Assembly (NCBI GenBank): GCA_008080745.1 | Contig: SHMX01000003.1 | Span: forward strand, 90,001 to 122,000 | DNA from: Candidatus Thorarchaeota archaeon | GTDB lineage: Archaea > Asgardarchaeota > Thorarchaeia > Thorarchaeales > Thorarchaeaceae | Direction: 5' to 3' | Length of the DNA stretch: 32,000 bases | Part shown: positions 16,603-24,410 of the stretch, one piece after another | Position numbering within the stretch: position 1 is the stretch's first letter | Layout of the letters: every line of letters begins with the position of its first letter | The notes under the pieces: generated by a model | What the model was told of the DNA's origin: nothing | The model's input: only the letters and a program-made list of their open reading frames with translations | Database searches by the model: none | Program-made: the position numbers and the translations under genes

Positions 16603-17748
16603 TTACTTTCTAACAAGATTACGAAGTTTATCTGCTGAGAACTCGTGAAGACGTTCTTTAGCTTCCTCACGTGCAGCTTGATGCTTCTCAAGAAACTCCA
16701 TCATTCTGGGTACGAGAATCTGCTTACAAGCACCACAGAGAATATCTCCACTTACACATTTCATTCTAATATCAGCAAGTTCTTTGTCATCAGGCATGAA
16801 GATGAAAGTGTAATACTTGAAAACAGAACAAATCTCTGGATTAGCTCCAAGTTCTCGTTGTTCTTTGGCAGTCGTTCTTCCACCCGTAAAGGCAGCTAAC
16901 ACCTTCTTCTTAGCCTTCTTTGGAGAATCGGTCGTATAAATAGCAGACATAGGATCAGAAGATGACATCTTTCCCCCTTCTTGAAGACCAGGAACAAACT
17001 TGTTTTGGATAGATGCTGGTTTATAGTAGCCAAGTTTTTCCGCTACGTCTCGCGTAATTCTCCAGTATGGATCTTGATCAATAGCACAGGGAATAATACA
17101 TGGTGTCTTCCTTTCATGAATCCAAGAGTGTAAGAAGGCAGGAACTGCTTGCATAGATGGATAGAAGATACCCCCAATATTCATGCTATTCTCAAATCCA
17201 AAAACAGCGCGTGCTGTAGAAAACGTGACTTTCTTCGCCACTTTTACAGCTAATTCATACATCAAATCGATATGCTTAATGTCATCCAAGATGAATGTTT
17301 TCTCAGGATCGAATCCTGTGGCGATGACATCTAGTGCATTATCTCTAGTCAATTCATGAACCTGTTCATAGGTCATATCTTGATCGAACCAGAACTTCTC
17401 ATCATTGGTTAACTGGAAGTAGAGTGGGACTTTGAAACAATCTTGCATCCATTTTGTGAACATCCAGGGAACGAGGTGACCGATATGGACATCGCCACTG
17501 GGGCCTCTTCCAGTGTAAAGAATGAACTTATTGCCCTTCTCATATTCTTTCATGACCCAATCAAGATCCCGATGGGAAAAGAATAACTCTCGGTCTAGAA
17601 GGATATGGCTTTCTCCGGCAATTTTCTCAATCTTTTTTCTTAATTTCTCATCGATTCTTTCAGTACCAAATTCTTCGATGAGACGATCGTAGTCGATAGT
17701 ACCCTTGACTTCCCAAGGGGTGACTAGCATATCATCTTCGTTAGTCAT
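16603..17748 (-). CDS. trpS: Tryptophanyl-tRNA synthetase, archaeal/eukaryotic type
   Basis: VTPWEV, YTGRGPSGDVHIGH (HIGH), PCAIDQDPYW and KMSSS. Confidence 0.98.
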   Translation of the reverse strand: MTNEDDMLVTPWEVKGTIDYDRLIEEFGTERIDEKLRKKIEKIAGESHILLDRELFFSHRDLDWVMKEYEKGNKFILYTGRGPSGDVHIGHLVPWMFTKWMQDCFKVPLYFQLTNDEKFWFDQDMTYEQVHELTRDNALDVIATGFDPEKTFILDDIKHIDLMYELAVKVAKKVTFSTARAVFGFENSMNIGGIFYPSMQAVPAFLHSWIHERKTPCIIPCAIDQDPYWRITRDVAEKLGYYKPASIQNKFVPGLQEGGKMSSSDPMSAIYTTDSPKKAKKKVLAAFTGGRTTAKEQRELGANPEICSVFKYYTFIFMPDDKELADIRMKCVSGDILCGACKQILVPRMMEFLEKHQAAREEAKERLHEFSADKLRNLVRK

Positions 17749-17913
17749 GGATGTTCACCTTTTTGTTATTCTCGTTGCATATGAGGGGGCAATTAAGCAT
17801 AATGGTGAGAAAGATATGGTTATTGGCACATCCAACTAACTTAAGAGTGATAATGCAAAATGGAAATTCTAGCGAACCTTTGGAGTTCATTCATAATAGC
17901 AGGTGGAAATTTC

Positions 17914-18156
17914 TTGCGTATAGACGAATTCGAGTTCGAAGAAGAAAAGACCCTCAGTGCAGTCGCAGAATTGCTTGAGAAGATGGCAAAAGAAATCCGT
18001 GATGGGGAAACATTGGAGCTTCCGATGCCCAGTCTAAAATCAGAAGTAATTGAATTACCCCTTGGCGAACCAATAGAGACCAGCCTTGAAGTGAATATTC
18101 GAAAGAAGGCAATTCGGCTCAATCTGGTTATGCGTTGGAATGCCAGAGAGGAGTAA
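17914..18156 (+). CDS. Amphi-Trp domain protein
   Basis: AVAELLEKMAKEIRDG...IETSLEV...LNLVMRW with a terminal Trp. TTG 17914 with SD AGGTGG (17901-17906) is preferred over ATG 17860. Confidence 0.75.
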   Translation: MRIDEFEFEEEKTLSAVAELLEKMAKEIRDGETLELPMPSLKSEVIELPLGEPIETSLEVNIRKKAIRLNLVMRWNAREE

Positions 18157-18168
18157 GGAGGTGATATT

Positions 18169-18789
18169 TTGAGCAAAGTTAACAAAGACAGAGAAATTAT
18201 CATCAAAGGATTGGGAGAAATTGGTGGAATCTTAGTTCAAGTTGCTTCTGCCGTAGACACCGAACTAAGCTGTCCTACGAGATGTACGAACTCAGAATGG
18301 AAGGAAGTCCGTAAAAAGACCATTAGGCATTTACAGGAAGTTATACCCAAATACTCAATGTCACTTACACTACCTCAAGATGAAATGGGTATTAGCGCAC
18401 AAGCAGCTATTGCTACGCTCATGAAAATCCAATATGCATATACTCACATCATCGTGATGCTGGATATGATTAGAGGAGAGGAGTTTAGAGAGGTATACTT
18501 GGACTCATTAATCGATATCTCGAAAAAAGTAAATGAAGCAATGCTCACATTCCATTCATCAATGCTGAGTTATGATGCAACCCAGCAGTCTCTAAAAAGT
18601 GGTCTGGAAATCATTAAGAAATTGGAGAGGCAAATAGATGAGGAGAACATAATCATCTGCCGTCAGATATCTGTTGCCACAGGAGGAGATTCAGGGTTCA
18701 TATCGTATATCATGAGAAAGATAGTTGGTGAGCTTGAACATATTTCTGATTATCTTGAAGACTGTATGGAAATTATCGAGGATCTTTGA
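18169..18789 (+). CDS. DUF47 / PhoU-like helical protein
   Basis: IKKLERQIDEE...IVGELEHISDYLEDCMEII matches the DUF47 E..aD...E.iaD..ed repeat. SD GGAGGTGA before a TTG start. Confidence 0.7.
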   Translation: MSKVNKDREIIIKGLGEIGGILVQVASAVDTELSCPTRCTNSEWKEVRKKTIRHLQEVIPKYSMSLTLPQDEMGISAQAAIATLMKIQYAYTHIIVMLDMIRGEEFREVYLDSLIDISKKVNEAMLTFHSSMLSYDATQQSLKSGLEIIKKLERQIDEENIIICRQISVATGGDSGFISYIMRKIVGELEHISDYLEDCMEIIEDL

Positions 18790-18800
18790 GGTGTCTATGA

Positions 18801-20468
18801 GTGGCAGCAGAGCAATACCTGATTGTGGGAGTGCTGATAGTTGGAGCTGCTTTGGCAAAAGTAGCTGAGAAATACCGATTGCCCTACCCCATACCCCTAA
18901 TTATAGCAGGAATAGTGCTTGGACAGGCATTACCAAATGAGGGTATACCAGAAGCGTTGGGGCTCGAATTCATTGCACAACTGACTCTGGCAACAGTTTT
19001 GTTCTATGCTGGACTGACTATGAATCTCAAAGAATTACGATTATCTCTACCGGTGGTAGCACTATTAGCATCGGTAGGTGTTCTTCTCACATCAATAATT
19101 GCGGGCGGCGCAATATACCTAGCATTCTCTGGAATTGGTCTAACAGCATTTCTCATCGGAGCTATTCTATCACCTACTGATCCTGCAGCCCTTTTTTCGG
19201 TTCTTGAGTCGGGAGGGGTTAGAGTAAAGCGAAAAATATACTCTATTCTCGAAGGAGAAGCAGTTTTCAATGATGCTACATCAGTCATTTTGGTCATCAC
19301 AGTTTTCGAACCATTGATAGCAGTAAATCTGATAGGAGACCCCAGTCTAGCTCAGCCATGGTTCATTATTTTGGCTCAATTTATTGGTAGTTTAATCTTT
19401 GGAGTAATTATTGCGTTCGTAATAGCTCGTATCATTGGAGATGCAATACTCCGAGCAGGTGACCAAACTAATATCACTATTCTGACTGCAACAACACCTA
19501 TACTCGCATATGGCGTCGGAGAGATGTTGACATTTCTTGGATTTCATCCTGGTGCAATGGCTGCAGTCTTTACAGGAATATTCATGGCTAATGCCAAATC
19601 GGTCAATCTTGATGTTCTACCACAGCAATCCATGAGAAACACCACAAAAAATGTTTCATTTGCCTTTGAAATAGTAGTATTCATATTAATGGGTTATACG
19701 CTCAATCTTGAATTTGTCACTGGAGTATTTGTAGGAACTCAAGTGCCAGTATTATTGGTCGGTGCTGTAGTTGCATTCCTTGTGATATTCGTCGCAAGAC
19801 CTGTATCGGTGTTCTTAATTACAGCATCGGATAGGACTATGGATTGGAAAGATCGATTCTTTATCAGCTGGGCAGGGGTCAAAGGTGTAGCAAGTGCTGC
19901 TTTGGCAGCTATTGCGGTTTCTGTATTGGTTCATTCAATTCCTGAAGGTACTCCACAGTTGATTGTTGATCAGGTTCATATTGCAGCGGATACGATCACC
20001 GGAATCGTCTTCATTGTCCTGATGATAAGTTTGGTAGTCCAAGGAGTAACTGCCCCCATTTTCGCTAAACGCCTTGGTTTGGAAGAAGAAATGGATGTCT
20101 TTGACGAATTATCTGCAAGGCGTAATGCTACCCGTCATGCTCTACTTCGACTGGTTGACGAGTACACCGAAGGAAAGATAGATCCAGAAATTTATCGTAG
20201 ATTAAAATCTGAACTTGAAGAAGAAATATATCAATTGGAAGATGAATTGAGAAAGATGGTTCAAGAGAAACGTGCCAGACTTCTGGAGATAGCTATGCGT
20301 GAGGAGATTTGTAAGAGCAAGCTCTCCTACTACGAGGAAGAATATGAAAAGGGTAAAATCCCAGAGGTCGTCTATGATGATAGAAAGGATGAAATCGAGG
20401 CTGAAATCAATGAGCTCTCAGTTATGAGAAGACATTGTGCTGAGGGAAAAACCGAACCTCAAGATTAG
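18801..20468 (+). CDS. nhaP: CPA1 (NhaP-type) cation/H+ antiporter with acidic coiled-coil C-terminal tail
   Basis: LFYAGL, LSPTDPAAL, LEGEAVFNDA, VARP and WAGVKGV motifs, about 13 TM segments. SD GAGGTG before a GTG start. Confidence 0.9.
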   Translation: MAAEQYLIVGVLIVGAALAKVAEKYRLPYPIPLIIAGIVLGQALPNEGIPEALGLEFIAQLTLATVLFYAGLTMNLKELRLSLPVVALLASVGVLLTSIIAGGAIYLAFSGIGLTAFLIGAILSPTDPAALFSVLESGGVRVKRKIYSILEGEAVFNDATSVILVITVFEPLIAVNLIGDPSLAQPWFIILAQFIGSLIFGVIIAFVIARIIGDAILRAGDQTNITILTATTPILAYGVGEMLTFLGFHPGAMAAVFTGIFMANAKSVNLDVLPQQSMRNTTKNVSFAFEIVVFILMGYTLNLEFVTGVFVGTQVPVLLVGAVVAFLVIFVARPVSVFLITASDRTMDWKDRFFISWAGVKGVASAALAAIAVSVLVHSIPEGTPQLIVDQVHIAADTITGIVFIVLMISLVVQGVTAPIFAKRLGLEEEMDVFDELSARRNATRHALLRLVDEYTEGKIDPEIYRRLKSELEEEIYQLEDELRKMVQEKRARLLEIAMREEICKSKLSYYEEEYEKGKIPEVVYDDRKDEIEAEINELSVMRRHCAEGKTEPQD

Positions 20469-21121
20469 TATGAAGCCTTCTTGTAAATATCAGGTATCCG
20501 GATGCCAGTTTTCCCATTAAAGACGTCTCGTAGAAGTTCAAAATGCTCATCAAGGTCTTTCAGGAGTTTCTCTAAAGCATTTGGCTCTATGTTTGGCTCA
20601 GCAGTCCAGATTGTAAGATAATTACTCACAACACCGAGTTCAACTCCACCTTCCTCAAGATCACGGAAAATGGTGATTTTAACAAGGAACTCAGCCTCAA
20701 ACATGTCCAATACTTCATGCACACTGATAATAATAAGGTCAAGAAAACCAATTAGGTCTTCAAGTTCTGGAGAATTCTCTATACTTCCTCTAAGTGATTC
20801 CGTAAAAGTTTGAATTGTTGAAGCCTTTTGCTTCAAGGTCTCGAACATCCGCATTAGTTTTGAGAATTCTTTTATTGAAGATTCGAGAGCAGGAACCAAT
20901 TTATCGAATAGATTTACAAGAAGTTTGCCACGTGCATTCTCGCGGATATTTTGATATCCATCAAGTTTACCTAGTGGCCCGTCGAGATGTTCAATCTGAA
21001 CTAGAGTGTTTGTAACAGCTTGTATAGACTTGACAGAGCTACGTTGGATTTTAGACCAACGTTCAACAAATGAATCGATGCCTTCACGCAAATCTTCAAG
21101 GATTTCTAACTCTCTGGCCAA
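20465..21121 (-). CDS. Putative CINP / C1orf109-like helical protein
   Basis: C-terminal HEVLDMFEAEFLVKITIFRDL...YLTIWTAEPNIE resembles the recalled human CINP HKLLEMYRKELLLKRTVAKEL...YLSMWLHQPYVE. SD GGGTGGAGA at 21129-21137, TTG start. Confidence 0.7.
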   Translation of the reverse strand: MARELEILEDLREGIDSFVERWSKIQRSSVKSIQAVTNTLVQIEHLDGPLGKLDGYQNIRENARGKLLVNLFDKLVPALESSIKEFSKLMRMFETLKQKASTIQTFTESLRGSIENSPELEDLIGFLDLIIISVHEVLDMFEAEFLVKITIFRDLEEGGVELGVVSNYLTIWTAEPNIEPNALEKLLKDLDEHFELLRDVFNGKTGIRIPDIYKKASY

Positions 21122-21212
21122 GGTATATTCTCCACCCTTACCAATGTATTACAGCATATAACTCATTCTGCGTTGGCATTACAGACATGGAAATTATGTT
21201 GAAAGTACCATA

Positions 21213-23687
21213 CTAGGAGATTCCAGAAGTATCGACATCGCCTTTGACTCGTCCAAATACAGCTCGGAGTACATCATAGCCCCCTGTTGCTGCACCAACT
21301 ACATCACCTGTAAATAGAGACAGCAAGACATTAGCAGCTTTGGCAGGTGTGCTGGTCTTCTTTCTAAGATCTTTTACGCGAGTTGAAAAGCTATGCCATA
21401 ATTCACGGGTTGTACCTCGTTCAAGCACACCTTCTTCCTCTAGTGCTTTGATGAGATTTGAACCAACTTGTCCCTCAGTCGCAAAGCCACATACCAGCTC
21501 CAGAGCCTCTCTCGCTTCCGGATCGTCTGAAGACCGTTCCATTAAATCAACAAAAGCTCTTGTGGTGGATTCCACGGTGTCAAAAAGATCAAGTAGTTTA
21601 ATCTTCTGAATCGCAGATAAATCGGATTGAAGTGTAAGATCAATTGTTCGTTCAATATCACCAAAGTCCACAAATGAAAGGTCTCGGCCCTTCAAACTAT
21701 GTTTCATAGAATCAGTAACACTGGTTATGAGCCCAACGAACTTGTTTCCACGAAGGACTTTCAATATATTCTGAACAGTTCGTTTTTCTTTATCAGATAG
21801 TATCGCTTCATCAGATTCAAGATGGATTAAGAAATCTCTGAAATTCGGTTCGAACATTTCTAGTTCCATCTTCAATCGGTCAACACTCTTGCGGCTTTTT
21901 GAGTCGTAGGATAAGTCATCCTGTTGATGCACATATATTAAAGTTGAATATTCAATTGCTTGCTTCCAGACTGGTTCTAGTGCATTATCAAGAATACCTT
22001 TAGCAAGCACAGAGTCAATTTCCTGTTCATAGAACTTCTGTAGTTCATCATCTAGTTCTTTTTTCTTTGCTAGACGTCCTCGTTCCAGAAGAGCAACATG
22101 ATTAAGCAGGAGGAGAATATCAAACTCAGTAGGTTCGGAGCCATTTTCAGCGATAATATTGAGACCCTCAAAGAACCTTGAAATCTGTTCATGCGAAAGA
22201 TTACTCTCAAATGCATATCCTCCCAATGGAGTTAATTGTAGCTCTCCGTTCTTCTTTTCAATGAGAGGTTGTTTCATTTTCAACATCTGTTTGAGAACCC
22301 TAGAGGTTGACCCTTTTTTATAGAATAATCCAAGAGCTTTTGATACCTCCTTTCTTTCATCATCCTTACTCAATAATCCGAGACCAATATTGCCTAACAG
22401 AATCTTCGAAAGTTGACTATTATTCAAAAAACGAGTTGGTAGCTTTGGTGAGCTGTAGACACGCTCTAATTCACTAACATCCGTGATACTCTTAGTGAAG
22501 ACGGTACAGTCTCCAGCCCTTCCTTTTCCTCTACGCATTCGTACAGCACGAGCCATCATTGATTGTCTAAATATTTCATCTATGCCAGGCGCACCCATCA
22601 CAACGTGAGAAACGGGAGTATTAACACCGTAAGCTAGAGCCTCTGTACCAAATAGAAATCGTATGTATTTTCTTCTGAATGCCCATTCAATGAACCAACG
22701 TTGAGCCTCGTCCATCTGACCGTGATAGCATCCAATACCCTGCTCAATCTGAGGATAATTAGGATATTCCAATTCTTTCAGAACACTTGATACTTTTTCT
22801 AATCGCTCTCGGATGATGTGTTCTATATCATAGGATACAGCCTCACCAAGTTCAGGACCATTCTCCTCGACGAAGTTTGTAATTTGATCTATCGAGTTAA
22901 TGTAGACAAGAGTACGCGATCCGTCATCAGCTAAATCAAGTAGATGTTCAGTGAATTTCGTTTCTTTTTCCTTTGTTGATTTATAATTTACTAGACGTAT
23001 ATCTGGAGGATCGTACTCCTTGTCATCAATAATCATTTTCACATCAAATGCTTTAGCTAGACGGTCAGGTTCATCAAATTGTGCTGATAGAACAAGCAAC
23101 CGTGGAGAGCTTGCAACCTGAGCCTTGACAAATTTGATAATCTCGAAAAGCATTGGTCCTCTAATAGGATCATGAATAATGGAATGTGTATCATCAGCAA
23201 CCAATACGCGAAGGTTTCTTGTTAGGAGCCAATCACGGGTTTGTTTTATTCGAATCATCTCAAGCATAGCATCGGGAGTAGCAACAATCACATTGGGAGT
23301 GAAGCCCTTTGATATCTGCAGAACAGATTGGTTGTCGCGTATTTCACCCACTACAACCATTGGACGTAAGAACCAACCAAAGAACTGACTGATAGTTGCA
23401 GATGTGTCGCGTGCAGATGCATGAAATGGCGCTAAAATAATGGCTAATTCATTTGCCTCACTATCAGAAGATTCTTCCTTACGCTTGCATATTGCCTTGA
23501 ATATCTCATTAGCTATCAACAAACTTCCAGCAAAGCTTTTTCCTGTTCGAGACATGGACACAATACCAAAATCATCGGTAGTCGTGTATAAGCCAGCTTT
23601 GGCTGCAACTCGTTGAACTTCATTCAATTTTTTTATTCCTAAAGCTTCGGATATTTTTGCAAGTGATGGCTCAAGAACGTCAATCAT
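21213..23687 (-). CDS. Hel308/Ski2-like SF2 helicase homolog with degenerate catalytic motifs
   Basis: Q motif (LNEVQ), motif I SRTGKS, VATPD, motif II DDTH, motif III SAQ, GIGCYHGQM...IEWAFRR, TEALAYGVNTP and motif VI SMMARAVR. Confidence 0.88.
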   Translation of the reverse strand: MIDVLEPSLAKISEALGIKKLNEVQRVAAKAGLYTTTDDFGIVSMSRTGKSFAGSLLIANEIFKAICKRKEESSDSEANELAIILAPFHASARDTSATISQFFGWFLRPMVVVGEIRDNQSVLQISKGFTPNVIVATPDAMLEMIRIKQTRDWLLTRNLRVLVADDTHSIIHDPIRGPMLFEIIKFVKAQVASSPRLLVLSAQFDEPDRLAKAFDVKMIIDDKEYDPPDIRLVNYKSTKEKETKFTEHLLDLADDGSRTLVYINSIDQITNFVEENGPELGEAVSYDIEHIIRERLEKVSSVLKELEYPNYPQIEQGIGCYHGQMDEAQRWFIEWAFRRKYIRFLFGTEALAYGVNTPVSHVVMGAPGIDEIFRQSMMARAVRMRRGKGRAGDCTVFTKSITDVSELERVYSSPKLPTRFLNNSQLSKILLGNIGLGLLSKDDERKEVSKALGLFYKKGSTSRVLKQMLKMKQPLIEKKNGELQLTPLGGYAFESNLSHEQISRFFEGLNIIAENGSEPTEFDILLLLNHVALLERGRLAKKKELDDELQKFYEQEIDSVLAKGILDNALEPVWKQAIEYSTLIYVHQQDDLSYDSKSRKSVDRLKMELEMFEPNFRDFLIHLESDEAILSDKEKRTVQNILKVLRGNKFVGLITSVTDSMKHSLKGRDLSFVDFGDIERTIDLTLQSDLSAIQKIKLLDLFDTVESTTRAFVDLMERSSDDPEAREALELVCGFATEGQVGSNLIKALEEEGVLERGTTRELWHSFSTRVKDLRKKTSTPAKAANVLLSLFTGDVVGAATGGYDVLRAVFGRVKGDVDTSGIS

Positions 23688-23743
23688 AAACGTGCTCTCC
23701 TATACTAGATGAAAAATCAAATAGAAATAAAGATTGCCCGAAA

Positions 23744-24283
23744 TCACGAGATGCCCAAACGTAGAAGATCGGACCTAGTAATAATCCCACTTAATCGCCC
23801 CTGACTAAGTATAAGAACAGCCTGATACATATCGAACAACGGAAGAATAGAATCGATAGGGGTATGCTCATCAACTCTTGGAGGACCACTGGATTCGATA
23901 GCTGCGCCCACTGATATTTTTGTTAGATCATGGCGAAGATTTCTAATGATATCACGCTCAGTTATCATTCCAACAATTCTACCACTACGTACTACAGGTA
24001 ATTGAGAATAACCATATTTTTGCATATCTTCAATTGCAGAAGCTACACTATTCCGTGCATCCATCGTCTTAGGATCGCGTGTCATAATATCCTCACAACG
24101 AATCTCTCTAGCCCTAGAAACAATATCCACTATTTTATTCACTATTGATAGTTTAGGGTCTAAAGTCCCTCTCTCCATTCTAGCAATATACGGTTGAGTA
24201 ACTCCAACTGCTTCAGCCAAATCCAGCTGGGTAAGGCCCGCCACTTCTCGTAAATGTTTAAGTTTCTCTTTTGAAATGAGCAT
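23744..24283 (-). CDS. XRE-family HTH plus tandem CBS domain transcription regulator (COG3620-like)
   Basis: LREVAGLTQLDLAEAVGVTQPYIARMERGTLDPKLS, followed by two CBS repeats (YSQLPVV...GMITERDI; GIITRSDLL). Confidence 0.93.
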   Translation of the reverse strand: MLISKEKLKHLREVAGLTQLDLAEAVGVTQPYIARMERGTLDPKLSIVNKIVDIVSRAREIRCEDIMTRDPKTMDARNSVASAIEDMQKYGYSQLPVVRSGRIVGMITERDIIRNLRHDLTKISVGAAIESSGPPRVDEHTPIDSILPLFDMYQAVLILSQGRLSGIITRSDLLRLGIS

Positions 24284-24306
24284 AATTTATCACTTAATGA
24301 CTGTAG

Positions 24307-24343
24307 GTAATATTATTTTATGTAATATAACCAATAGTAATAT
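24307..24343. repeat. Three GTAATAT direct repeats with exact 15-bp period in the HTH-CBS / mat divergent promoter
   Basis: Copies at 24307-24313, 24322-24328 and 24337-24343. Confidence 0.7.
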
Positions 24344-24410
24344 GCTAACAAAAGGTATTTAACGTTATAGACGCGGCACAAAAGGAAAGCAGTAGACTAA
24401 GGTGACTGTT

